A stretch of DNA of 63,763 nt, filler included, from Patellaria atrata CBS 101060 (GCA_010093705.1; 7 parts of 5 records of this genome joined end to end with filler, not necessarily neighbours in it), one strand, 5' to 3'. Positions 24,522-37,171 are shown, counted from the whole stretch's first letter. Program-made: numbers and translations. Notes: generated by a model not told the origin, from the sequence alone.

Positions 24522-26198
24522 GTACGAGAGTTGTGTCCTGCGTTGCCGCAGGTTCTGTAGCGCTGCTGAGTCACCGCGTCGCCTCTTGCGCGCTGCCTAT
24601 TCTGACGCGTTTCCTCTCTAATCTGCTCATCAACGTTAATTTGAGCTATTAATTCTGCGCCTTCTACCTTTGTTAAGCATCCTTAAAGCTGTAAACGCTT
24701 CTTCTGGCGCTTCTTACGTCGTGTTGCAGCCTCATTTGCTCTACGTAGGTTGGCGACTTCTAACTGTAAAATGACTCCATGGTGTATCATCAATTCTGCA
24801 CCTTTTGATAGGCGGTCAAGTGACTTAATGATAGATGTAGGAGAGCTATTCTGATGCCTCTTAATCCTATTACGAATAAAGGCAGTTTGAGAGTCTAGTT
24901 CCTGCGCGTTGCATGGTGTTTTTGACTCCCATTCTTGTAGTACTGGTGGTGACGGCGTACGCAGCTTGATCTCCAGTTTTGAGACTACTAGCTCTGAGTC
25001 TAGAGGAACTAGACCTGCTCCTGCAAATCCTGCGCGGATATTCTTCTCTGTAATTGATTCCTGGTAGGCTTGTTTAAAGACTGGGAGAAACTCGAGCTTG
25101 GTGATGTGGTTAATAGAGCTGCGCATCAGATCCTCTACACCACGCCCATACGCCTTCTTCAATGCTGAGAAAACAGGCGACATCTAGAGGTTATAGGAGG
25201 TAAGATGAATGAGCTGGCATACAGAGCGTAGTAATACTGTTCTGCGCACAGAGCTCTCGAAACTCCATAGACTCATAGCTCTCATGGCCATCAAGAATTA
25301 ATAGCTGGCGCGAACCAAGACGTCTATCTTTTGTATGCTTAATAAAGTGCTTCAACAACTCTACGCCAAGCTTATTTGTAGTCCAGCCGTTCTCAGATAG
25401 TGCGATTACCCAATCCTCAGGAATATCTGTGCCTTCGTACCAAGTAGATAGATGATAGGTGCCGCTGAAGATGATGAATGGTGGAATTGCCCAACCTTGC
25501 GCGTTGATAGCTTGAATTACTGTAACCCACTCACGGTTGCCTGGCTGGATAGATTTTGGTCGATTACGTCTCTCTGCGCCAGTTACAACTTTACTAGTCG
25601 CTATTACACCCATCTGAAAGCCTGTCTCATCAAAATTGTAGATGTCTGCTTTAGTGATGCCGTGCTTCTCAATTGTACGCGCTACAAGCTGGAACCAGCT
25701 ACTAATAGTCTCAGGATCTTCACATTGAGCTCTCTTATAGTCGTACTTACGATTTAGGCGCGTTTTTAGCTCTGGTGTTCGGCGTATAAAGTTCTCTGGC
25801 CACTTGACTCCAACTACTCCAGCGCCACGCGTAGTAAGCAGTTGATCCGCCATATCTCGTACAGCGCGAAGCTGAGGTGGAAATCCACGTGAGTTAAGCT
25901 CAAGAATGTAGTTTACAATAGCCTCCTCTTCTAACTTAGTGAGCCTCTTTGAGTTGGGCTCGCAATCGCGTCGTGTAGAGATTCCAGCGCGTCGTGACCT
26001 TAGTGTTGATTCAGGGACGTCAAACGCCATAGCAGCTTGGCGCATACTTTTAAATTGATTGGAACTAAGAGCTGATAGAGCTAGGTTGATTCTGCCTTCT
26101 TTTTAAGCTAATTGAGTACCGCGTTGTTGATTCATAGTGGGTTGATTGTAGGAGAACTAGTTTTGGTGAGAACTGCGCAGCTCGCTTGTCGTTTACGT
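24450..26198 (-). mobile_element. pogo/Fot1-type DNA transposon P1 (transposase 26135-24506, RIP stops; 3' TIR not found)
   Basis: HTH (FDVPESTLRSR), YNFDETGFQMG, QPGNREWVT, LILDGHES and C-terminal CGNAGHNSRTC. 5' end ACGTAAACGACAAG with flanking TA at 26199-26200. Left boundary approximate. Confidence 0.9.
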
Positions 26199-26223
26199 TA
26201 CCAACAGTAAGAACTAAAAGATA

Positions 26224-28658
26224 ACGTGCCGCATCGGTCAGTGGCCACTATCAGTCAGTGGCCACACCCCACTAAACCAACCGCGCTTTTTAGCTAATAG
26301 CGCTATAACAACAAAATTGATTAAGCTAGAAATTAAGATAGAGATTCCTTAGATAGTAGTACATTAACGCCTGTTATGACCTTGGATATAGCACTTTGAG
26401 CATGTTGGTGGTGCGCGCTGGCGCGTAGTAGAGCCCTCGCTCGCCACCACCTCTGGTACCACATTATCCAGCTGCTCTACTAGCTGCTGGCCTGCCTACG
26501 CCTGTAAAGCTCCTCCGTGAGCAATATACCTACAGCGGATATCCTGCTTCTGTCTACGGCGTTGAGATGTAGCTCGTAGCTCAGTAACCTCTCTAGTAAG
26601 GAGCGCAGTCTAAGCTAGTGCCATATGGCAGCTTTTAATAACTTGGTTAACTGCCTGGCTTGTAGGGCTCTATAAGTTGCGCTGGAGAAGCTGCTTAATA
26701 AGGTGAGCCTGCTACTTAAGCTGAGTAGTAGTATAAGGTGTCTCTGCTGTCCAGGGCTCTCCGTGTGAGGTTGATAGAGGTGATGGAGTCTTGTTAATAA
26801 CCGTTAGCGATGATAGTATACGCTGTGGATTAGCTAGCACGAGGCCTATAGCCTGGAAACCACTTCTAATTGTCTGCTTTTGAACACTATAGGCCGTGCC
26901 TCTTTATAGAGTAGTAGGAAGTCGATGTCACGGTTTGGTACTTACACACACACGTCCCGTGATCACGTGGCCTTATCTCATCAGATAAGATCCCTTGGCG
27001 TAATAATCATATCAACGATCCTTCGTAGTTTATAGATAATCAGTTCTAATATATTCGTTAATACTCAATATTGTTAGTTTATCTACTACGTTGACGTGCC
27101 CTTACAGTCGAGCTTATCAATATAGTGGATACCCTACCGAGCTAGCTCCTGTACACCCTATCCGTATACTCGCTTGAGAGGAGAGAAGCAGCTGACGTCA
27201 AGCGGCTGGAGAAGATATGACGTATATGCAGGCATATAAAGGGTAACTATCCTATTCTCTAGATAGAAGGTGTCGAATTCTGGTGTTATATAGCTACTAT
27301 AGCCGTTAATAATAAGTAATCGATAGGTACCGACTATACGCGCCCTTGTAGAGCTATTAAAGTGCTGTAGCCAGGCGAAACCAAGCTAATCAGTCATCCA
27401 GCCATTATCACTGACTGCTAGCATCCAGTTGGTAGGTAGGTCTTGGTACCAGCTTGCCTGGTGGACCTTGCCTACGAAGATAATAAAGGGTGGAATCGCC
27501 CATCTAGACGCGTTAATACATTCAATAGCTGTGACCCACTCGCGATTGCTTGGCTGTATAACTGCTCGCCGACCTATTGTATCTAAGCTTGTAATGACTT
27601 TTGATGTTGCTGTAACCCCTATCATAAACCCAGTCTCGTCGAAATTGTACGTATCTTTATCAAAAATGCCGTATGATAGGCGCGTTACCTTAACACGCTT
27701 AAACCACGCGTTAATTGTCTCTAGATTCTCGCACCTGGCACGCTGTGAGTGGAATCGACGATTCCACTTTGTCTGTAGCTCTAGCTGAGCCTTGATAAAT
27801 CGATTGACCCAGCATTTCCCGACTGGCTGGGGGGGAGTTGTCTGGCCGCGCGCAGCTAGTAGATAGTCTGCCATCCGCCGTACGTCGATTATCTATGGTG
27901 GAAATCCGCGTCGGTCGAGCTCTAGTATCCACTGTACTAGAGACTGCTCCTCTAGTTGGTGNNNNNNNNNNNNNNNNNNNNNNNNNNNNNNNNNNNNNNN
28001 NNNNNNNNNNNNNNNNNNNNNNNNNNNNNNNNNNNNNNNNNNNNNNNNNNNNNNNNNNNNNACCCCCATCATAAACCCAGTCTCGTCGAAATTGTACGTA
28101 TCTTCATCAAGAATGCCGTATAATAGGCGCGTTACCTTAACACGCTTAAACCACGCGTTAATTGTCTCTAGATTCTCGCACCTGGCACGCTATGAGTGGA
28201 ATCGACGATTCCACTTTGTCTGTAGCTCTGGCTGAGCCTTGATAAATCGATTGACCCAGCATTTCCCGACTAGCTGGGGGGGAGTTGTCTGGCCGCGCGC
28301 AGCTAGTAGATGATCTGCCATCCGCCGTACGTCGATTATCTATGGTGGAAATCCGCGTCGGTCGAGCTCTAGTATCCACTGTACTAGAGACTGCTCCTCT
28401 AGTTGGTGTAGCTTTCGTTTCTGGGCATTGGTCGTAGCTTGGGGGAGGATACCATGGACGCGTCGGCGTAGCGTGGTTCGGGGGACGTCATATACTGCTG
28501 CAACCTTTTTATAGCTTAAAATTTGCTTATTCTGAATTGCCTGCTTTGATAGAGCTAGTCTACCTTCCTTCTGGAGCTGCTGGGCGCTGGAAGACGTGTC
28601 GCGATTTTGGTGGGGTGTGGCCACTGACTGATAGTGGCCACTGACCGATGCGGCACGT
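26224..28658 (-). mobile_element. pogo/Fot1-type DNA transposon P2 with TIRs and TA duplication
   Basis: ~48-bp TIR ACGTGCCGCATCGGTCAGTGGCCACTATCAGTCAGTGGCCACACCCCA at both ends, with TA flanks. YDVPRTTLRRR, YNFDETGF, NREWVTAIECI. Confidence 0.95.
26926..27106. mobile_element. Solo LTR (181 bp) inserted in P2
   Basis: TGTCA...TTACA termini with a perfect 5-bp TSD GTCGA (26921-26925, 27107-27111). Confidence 0.88.
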
Positions 28659-29669
28659 TATTGAAACCCTCCCGCCCTTTTCCACTTCCCTTGACCATCG
28701 AACATGCTCCCTTTCTTTCACTTTCGATCCCTTCTAGCGGTGGTTTTTTTTAAAACAATCTAACCTAACAACTTGCTAGATGCTTCCTCATTTCTAAACC
28801 ATCACCGCTCGTTTACTCCCTGCCTGTTAGCCCTTGTCTCATTCCCTCCTCCCATCCAATCTTCCAATTATCCACCTCTTGTCATATTCCTCCTCACAAA
28901 CTTGTGTCAAAATTCTGTTCTCACTTCACATTCCTAAGTGGATTTATGGGCTGCTGCGTCATAACAAGAGCTCCTCCTAAACCATTGATCCCTCCAATTT
29001 ATTGTGCGCTTCACCTTCCATGAACTAAGGTCGTGTGGTGACAACGGCATCCTACGAGAAGTATGGATGAAGGAAATTATGAAAATACTTGGACGCACGC
29101 GGGCGTATTAGTCAGGGGATTATGCGATTTCAATTGGGATGTTGTAGGGGAGGGTCAAGTTACAACCACAATTTTGGGACCAAAGAATGATTCCGACCTT
29201 TCTTTAGATTCAACTCGTCCTGGATATTTAATTGATAGGCAAGACCTTGCAGCACATCTAAGGATTGAACATCATAGCGCCAACACAGCTCTCTCCCTAA
29301 ACACTAATCCCCATCATACGAAGTATCTTATATTCATACGATAGAGCGACTATTTAGGAAGACTATAGAACGGGACGATTTTTGAGGCTGGCAGCCGGTA
29401 TTTTGCCTCACATCACAAGTATTTTGCCTCTCGGCTAGATAGTCACGCGCGTATAGAATTAGCACGAGGAAAACACCGTCTGCCTTACCTGCTCGTTACA
29501 GTCCATGATGTTGAAGTTGGGGTGTGGAAGATGCTACGGCCTTTATTCACTATCGAAGAAGCTAGAGGAGGTGGAAGAGTGGATGCAGACCGTAGAGAGT
29601 TTAATAGAGGAGTGCACTAAGCATGTATCTGATACAGAGACTTACTAACTCTCTGAGAAGAAAATCCGT

Positions 29670-29750
29670 GGATCCGTGTTCTACTACCAGTACCAAATCT
29701 ACATCTACAATAGTGGATAACCGGTGAGCTATAATAAATGTCGTACGCCA
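29670..29750 (-). pseudogene. Short ABC transporter NBD C-terminal fragment (H-loop)
   Basis: RTTFIIAHRLSTIVDVDLVLVVEHGS matches the ABC H-loop signature IAHRLSTI. No other NBD motifs seen nearby. Confidence 0.65.
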
Positions 29751-29848
29751 TAGGGCTGAGGTAACGCATAGGGAAATGGCAAAGGGGACGAATAATCTCA
29801 TAGTAACTTATCAGCAATTTTCATAAAGGTATAATAGTCTGAGCTAAC

Positions 29849-31262
29849 CTAAAGCGTATCGAACTCGTCAAGCATTTCTCGCGTCCTTTGTTCCAATTTC
29901 CACTATTTAACATGTGGATCTTTTCTAGCCACCTCCTCCAAATCTTGGAAGTTTGCTTTCGCCAACAGATGCGGTTGATCCTGGTGCTGCGGCTGCGGCT
30001 GCAGATCTGGATCCCATCCGTAGGGGGGGTGGTGGTGTTCACTTCGAAGCAGTTCAACGATAGATTCACCCAGTATAGGAAGATCTTTTGCGCGATTGTA
30101 CGAGCCCCCTCCAGCTATAATCAGATTGTTGTACTGCGGATGCTTTGCAATCAAGGGATCTTGCGTAGGGGTTACACCATCCCTATCCATTTTGTTAGAT
30201 TCATTGTCACTTCTCTCAGCAATTCCCTACCAATAAGATTTTCTACCAACAACTCTCGCACCTTAAAGTTCAGGAAGGTATTCCCACACCCAACGCTTCA
30301 TGTCTAACATAACTTGAACTGCTAACGAACTCTCTGAGACGTTCGCAGGCAACGAATAGCGTGATCCAACGTCAAGGTTGATAAAAGAAGATATATACGT
30401 GATCTTAGCTACTCTATCATCTTTTGTAGGGGGCAGAAATTCAGCTTATACATATATTAATTTAGCCTAATGAAGCAATTGCATTGCGTACCTTTGCCGA
30501 TATAGGAGAAGATTGGTTTTCCTTTGAATAGCTCTGCTTGATACTCGTTAAGCTGAATGGTGAAGGTAAAGAGGCCAGTAGCGATAATAGCTCTCTGTAT
30601 TGGAGGTGGTTAAATATTGGATTCCCTTATTAGATGCTCGATCCACGGTCCTACAGATAGTATTACCTCTGCGTTTTTAGTGGAGAGAGTTCTTCCGTCG
30701 TGAAGAACTATTGCAGTGATGTGGTTGTCATTGTATACAAGCCTCTGAACACGAGTGTTGATTATCGAAGCCTTTGAACTCTCTTTAACAGCATGTTCCA
30801 CCGCTTCAATACAACTGTCCCATTCGATTAAGGCGTCATCCTCATTGAAGATGTATGTTAGACTGTTGTTCGAGGCGTTGGTAGATGTATAGTATCTCTT
30901 CAAATACTTTTATCGAATCGCAGCCGCGCAGATTTCCCAATACTGCGACGCGACTCGTCGATGCTATTAAGGGTTGAGAGATTGCTCCTATCGTATACAA
31001 TAACTCGACCCACGGACTGATAGAATCTGCTAAACAAAACATCATTTTTCCAGAATCCCTGCGCATGAAGCGCCTCTTTCATACGATCAACATTGGCATA
31101 ATCAATCCGCACAATCTTTGATATATCATTACTTGGCGATTGAGGGGATGGGTGAGACAAGATAACGAGCTTCGCAGAAGTTTCTGATATGACTTTTGAG
31201 AGGTGCAAAGCTGCTGAAAGACCAAACACTCCATATCCAATTATATAGATTGTTTTATCCAT
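29849..31262 (-). pseudogene. FAD-dependent oxidoreductase, sarcosine oxidase/fructosyl-amine oxidase-like (DAO family); frameshift, stops and 2 introns
   Basis: N-terminal IIGYGVFGLSAALHL; SPSNDISKIVRIDY; ILSVGPW; W/DGVTPTQDPLIAKHP...IIAGGGSYNRAKDLPILG. GT..AG introns near 30447-30492 and 30182-30229; frameshift at ~30900. Confidence 0.85.
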
Positions 31263-31969
31263 TTTTGTCGTATCTAGACGTTGGAACACGATGAATTCAA
31301 AAATTTATCTATGTCAGCGTAGGGCAACTTTTGTCTAATAAATGATGACGTTACGGTATCGTAGCCTCGGCATTTCGGCGCAATGTCGGGTCTACAAGAC
31401 TTGGCATCGTCTGCAGCTAGACGTAGCATACGATTTTCTATTTGTGTGTGTCGAGAGCCCTTGAGGCGTCACAGTTCCGGGCTTAGCTCGACCCACAGTT
31501 AGCTATTGAGATAGCTGTTGAGCTTCGCTCCATCTGTAATGTAACACACATTTCCGTTGTAGCCACTGCGCTCCAATAGAAAGCGAATAGTGCGGAAGTA
31601 TTCCGAGTCCTGTCGGCTTTCTATCCCTTCGATATACAGTAATGGCGCAAGTCACGGCATCTAATCAAAGTTACCATATACCGTATTAAACAAAGAAGTA
31701 ATAACGATTTCATCCCATTGAAAAAGAAGCGTGTAGAGACACGAGAGAGAGATTGTAATAACTAGTGTTAGATCTCGCAGCTCTTTGCAAATTATCATGT
31801 GAGACTGAGGCGTCCACACGATGCGGTACACTCTTCCCACCAAAAACCCCCATTGCTGCCGTATCTCCCCTCAGAAATGGTTTGTATCGCTTCTACAACA
31901 GGGCATATATTCTATATATAAAGGTCAATACGAAGGAGGATTTGAGAGGGAGGTGTGGGGGTTAGGGAG

Positions 31970-33230
31970 GGTCTCTAACGCTACGTATGGAGTTTTTCTC
32001 AAGCTTAGTCCAAGTTTTTTTTATCCTATCTTTTTCACCTTCCGAATGCAACTGTACCGAGTAGATAAAGAGGGGCCAAAGAGGCCAGGTCGCCTTAAAA
32101 TATTGGCCATTTGGAGGGAGCTGTTCGAGAAGCGTAACAAGATGGTTCTGGATTATCTTTAAATTATGGTCGGAAGGTAAGTTCCTGTGGAGAAGGTCAG
32201 CTTAGGTTTCACCTATTAGGTTTTGATCCATACCCTAGAATTCTGTAATGGATATAAAGTATTGTAGCAAGTCGATAACATTCCGCGATCTTTGTAGTAT
32301 CACCTATCGCTCGTTCTTTCAATAGTTGTTCTGCTTGAGTGTATGAGTTACCTTGGGTATCAATGCAAACTTGTTCTAGATTATTTAAACGGTTAAGCAA
32401 GTATATAGCTATTCCCTTCCGGTTCGATGATTGAAAGGCTAAATTATTGCAGCTTTGAATAATTGATAGGAGCTCCGGTGAAAGGCCGGTCAACGCGTCA
32501 ATACGCTGGATCGTCTCCTCTTTCCCGGATAAGAATGAGAATGTTGGGAAACGGTCATTTTCCGTAGCTGCAGCGGCAGAAAGAATTGCGTGAGATGCTA
32601 ATTTCATGCGATAGCCAAGCGTTTCTGGAGAAGAGGTAGCGTACTTCAATAGAGGCTCCAAAGCGCTCATATGCGAGCACTATTGCCTGTGGAGATCTTT
32701 GGAAAGAATCTAAGACGGTTAGGAATTTCTTAATACTGAAGAAGAAAGGATATTACAGCATTTTGAAGTAATAGTAGCGTTGCACCAAGTATTCCTGTAA
32801 TATTAGTGACGCTTATATTCCTCGTATATATTCGAAGAGATGTTAAAGCTTGTTGCCTGTAAAGCTTCGAGAAGTTAAGGCCTAGGTAGAAAGCGCTTAG
32901 TGCATTAAGGGAGTATTTTAGCGGTTCATAGCTATAAGATGCTTGAAATATCTCCTGGTACAGGTTTTCATTCAACAAGGTGCGAGATGGACACACACGA
33001 ATTAGGACTTTACATGGTTAGGCTTAAGGGTTCTAGATGAATAGTCTTATAGCGAGAAGTTACTTACAAAACGAAATCAGCTGTTCTAGGCCGGGAAGAA
33101 CGGTTAAGTTCGACGTGATAACGAGCCCTACATCCCCTTCAGGATATAGGGAGGATGATAATTCTCGAGTAGGGAGCTGTCCTCCTTGATAAAAGATTTT
33201 GTCTTCAGTCGCTGAATCACCGCCTACGAA
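31970..33230 (-). pseudogene. Fungal_trans_2-like transcription-factor-associated domain, multi-exon, RIP stops
   Basis: PLKYSLNALSAFYL; YRQQALTSLR; ILGATLLL; IDALTGLSPELLSII; AECYRLATILYIHYRI; WPLWPLFI. Assignment is by motif recall only. Confidence 0.65.
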
Positions 33231-33289
33231 ATGAGTGCTAATCCTAGGAATATACGAAAAATCTGAGGGTAGTACGTACCCTGTCCTCT

Positions 33290-34711
33290 ATATTCCCCAA
33301 TGTCAGGTCCGGCCTCTATGGTATCGAGCCATAATCGAGAAGGAAATGTGATGAAAGCCTGGAGTTATGTTCTATAAGATCTTATAATAGTATCGCCTAT
33401 AGAATTCCACCCTCCTTCTTTGGCTTTCCTCTTAATATTACAGTCTTCAAGCAGCTTGATAGCTCTTTCAAAATACTCTCCTTTTACAGGCAGATATTCT
33501 GTCCAGCTACCACAATCGTTAATCGAGTTTACAAGACAGGAAGTTTGAACTTACATATAGTCACTCAGCTTGTCTAGTAGAAGGACTAGGCACCCAGAGC
33601 CTCCCAGAGCACTTATTAATCCGTGCCATCTACGGCTAGCTTTATTCCATCGGTCAATATTTGTCTTAACTGATGCAATTGAGTGCTCGGTTGACGCACA
33701 GATGACATTAATTATATGAGTAATTCCACTCTTGCTTCCATGAGATCGACGCTGACAGTTACCATCCAAATATAAGAGCAGGTCATGGTAGGTACAGGTT
33801 ATATATCTCCATAAAAGCCTGTCTACTTGTTGACCGGTTTCAAATTTGCACATATATGCATAGTAGTCTGTTGGGGATGAGATACGGTGATTAGTTTTGG
33901 GTTGGCCGTATAGGTCGCGGCTCCTCTTCAATAAAGCTTCGGCAACAGCCTTGCTAATAGTAACATCATTGGAAGCAGTTGTCCAAAGAGAGTCAAGTTT
34001 GGAAGTCCGATAATTACTGTTTCTGGGCTTCTTAAGCAACGGGCCGATGATCTCGGATGGTGGTGCATCCCTTTTTGACTGCAAACTCTGGTCGGATAGT
34101 GTACCAGCGTTGAGCAAATTGTTAGAGGACGATTCGCCCTGAGATACGGCCTCCCGGTCTTCAGACGGTGTGTCGTGCTCCTTAGACGGCGTGTCGCGGT
34201 CTTCAGACGGTGTTTCGTGCTCTTCGGACGGTTTTTCGTGCTCTCCAGACGGTGTGTCATGGACTTCAGAGATTGGGATAGAATCTCTCAGCGACGTTAA
34301 AACACTATAGAGGCATTTCCGCGATCCCTCTAAGAGTATAGGAACACTTTCCCGGAGCTTTTCTACAAGCTTTCTGTAGTTAGAAAATTTACTAGAGCAA
34401 GTGGACTAGATTACCTCCGGATCTGTAAGCAAGTCTTCTAATGTGGTTTACTGTAGTCTAGAGCATGTTTCTCTACCTAATGAAACACCCATTAGTAATG
34501 AGAGAATAGATTTGGCTGAGGATTGCGGCAAGTCTAGAACGCGAGCTTTGGTTTTAATGCTCCTAAACTGAGTTGAATATAGTTGTACGTTCTTCAAATC
34601 TAATTTACAGGCTGCATGATGGAAAACAAAGGCTAGAACGAGTGTATGATACGGTTCTAAATTTCCTAAGCACAACGATAGATTGTATAACGTTCTATCG
34701 TAGCAGGACAC
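33290..34711 (-). pseudogene. Hypothetical protein with 7-aa tandem repeat, RIP-type stops
   Basis: ORFs 34448-34711 and 33551-34117 are in one frame, broken by TAA/TAG. A GTAAGT..TAG intron follows KLSDY, then exon WTEYLPVKGEYFERAIKLL. Start uncertain. Confidence 0.6.
34158..34270. repeat. 21-bp coding minisatellite, ~5.4 units
   Basis: tcttcagacggtgtgtcgtgc variants at 34158, 34179, 34200, 34221 and 34242. Encodes HDTPSGE/HEKPSEE/HETPSED/RDTPSKE/HDTPSED on the minus strand. Confidence 0.92.
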
Positions 34712-34736
34712 AGAAACACTACACTTTAATTTTAGC

Positions 34737-34796
34737 GCTAACCGTAAACGTTGGATAAGAGGGACGCGTCCCTTTTATCCAGCACATACGGTTAGC
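34737..34796. repeat. 60-bp imperfect palindrome
   Basis: gctaaccgtaaacgttggataagagggacg|cgtcccttttatccagcacatacggttagc, with ~25 of 30 positions complementary. Confidence 0.85.
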
Positions 34797-35339
34797 ACAA
34801 GGCACCCTCACCTACCAAAGAGGTATTAGTGCCAAAAGTCTAAAAAAAAAAAAAAGTGTTCTATCGTGCTCCGACACTCAGACCAAGGAGCCGCGTCAGA
34901 AACGAGTGGGCGAAGGTGCCGTTTGTCGCATGTCAGTGTGAATATCATCTCAAGGGCGGAAGCTGGCCAATGTTAATAGAGGCTTGTATTTCCAGACAAT
35001 GGGACGCTATCATTGAATTGAGGCATACGCAGCGATGGTGGGATCGCGAAAATTCTGTTCGGAGTTCTCTTAAACAATGGACAAAGTTAGGGCGGTGCAC
35101 CATAATGCTCGATGACCTAGCGCTCTAGATATAGAACATCACGATATGAATGCACATGTGCGGCGTTTCCCCAAGAACTAAATCCTATACTAGATCTCCG
35201 TCCAGATGAATGGATTCACCTTTATCGCATTAGTGATCGGGTGCCGGTCTTCAGTTGTGATCGTAAAAACATTTGAGAATTTGGGGAGCGATAAACTCAT
35301 TAATGTCTAACGCTAATTAGATGGTGCTGCGGCATAATA

Positions 35340-37171
35340 ACGTGCTTCACCAGTCAGTGGGACACACTAGTCAGTGGGACATCCCACCAAAACCACCCCA
35401 CGTCTTCAACAAAATCAACAATGCCACTAACACAGAACCTTCAGAAGCTCCGGCAAGAAGGTAGGTTACTTATTACTACTAAGTCGCTTCAAGAAAACAG
35501 AATTTCAAGTGTCCGGAAGGCCGCCGGATCGTACGATGTTCCAAAGTCTACTTTCCATCGTCGCGTACATGGCATAACACCTTAGAGCGTGTCTAATTCG
35601 CAAAAACGAAAGCTACAGCTATCTGAGCAGCAGGCACTCGTAGAATGGGTCCTAGATCTCGACCGACGCGGATTTCCGCCCCATATCATCGACGTACGAC
35701 GAATGGCAGACCATTTACTCGCGGCACGCGGCCAGAATCCTCCTCCCACACCCGCTGGTAAGAACTGGGTATGCCGCTTTATCAACAACCAGCCAGACCT
35801 ACAGACAAAATGGAATAGGAAGTTTCATTCTCAACGCGCGAAATGCGAAGATCGAGACATATTTCGCGAGTGGTATGGGCGTGTAAACGAGACGCGCCAG
35901 AAGTATAGCATCCTAGACGAAGATAGCTACAACTTTGACGAGACTGGATTTATGATGGGTGTATCTGCGGCATCAAAAGTCGTTATAAGCTCTGATACTA
36001 TACGCCAAGCAATTCTTATACAACCAGGCAATCGCGAATGGTCAACGGTGATTGAATGTATTAATGCCACCGCGTGGGCAATCCCTCCCTTCGTTATCCT
36101 TCCAGGAAAGCTCCACCAGTCAAGCTGGTATTAGGGTCTACCCGGTGACTAGATACTCACTATTAGCGATAATGGCTGGACAACGAATAAACTAGGATTC
36201 GAATGGATTAAGCACTTTAACAACTGTATAAAGTCTTATATAAAGGGGGTCTACCGTCTATTTATACTTGACGGTCATAGTAGCCACCCAACGCCTGAAT
36301 TTGACCAATACTGTATAGGAAATAAGATTATTACCCTCTATATGCCGTCGTATACGTCACATCGTCTTCAGCCGCTTAACGTAAGCTACTACTCCCCTCT
36401 AAAGGTTACGTACGGTCACCAGGTTTAAGAGCTCGCCCGTCATAGAGTCCACTATATTGATAAAGAAGACTTCCTAGCAATATATACTAAGGTACGGCTA
36501 TCTATCTTTACAGATTAGAATATTAGAAGCGGATTTCTTGCTACGGGCCTAGTGCTATACGACCCTGAGTAGGTCATATCGTCACTTCCAATCACGAAGA
36601 CTCTTACTCCACCAGGCACGGCTAATAGGGAAGCACCTCAATGAACTTCAGAAACACCACATACTACTGCCCAGCTAGAGCAGCAGGCAAAGCTTATACG
36701 GGACATCCTTCGGCATCAATCACAGAGTCCTACTAGCCGAGCAATCAATCAACTTATTAAAGGATGCCAGATGGCGATGCATTCCGCTACCATACTTGCA
36801 AAGGAGAATATAGAGCTTCGTACAGAAAATCAACGTGGAAAACGGAAGCAGCAGCACCGCCGAAGGTATATCGCGCATGGAGGGGCTCTACAGGCTCAGC
36901 AGGCCCAGCTTATAGCTGAGGAATTGGAAAATATGGAGTAGGAGGCCAACCAGAACTGGACTGGTCAGACGCGACAGCGAGTAGCACCAACGTGCTCTAA
37001 CTGCTATATCCAAGGCCACACAAGGCGTCAATGTACTAGTGTCTCAAGTAGCTCCTAAGCGTAATTTTAATTGAATAAATTTTGTTGTAGTGGAGTAATT
37101 GTATGAAAACGCTGGTTGATCTTGGTGGGGTGTCCCACTGAGTGGTGGTCCCACTGACTGGTGAAGCACGT
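35340..37171 (+). mobile_element. pogo/Fot1-type DNA transposon P3, full length (transposase 35421-37058, RIP stops)
   Basis: TIR ACGTGCTTCACCAGTCAGTGGGAC at both ends with TA flanks. YNFDETGFMMG, QPGNREWSTVIECI, ILDGHSSH. Confidence 0.95.

Noticed and set aside
27615..28408. Apparent internal duplication of ~345 bp in P2 across the N gap
   Set aside because: The overlap flanks a 100-N gap and the copies differ by transitions; most likely unmerged contig ends from different P2-family copies.
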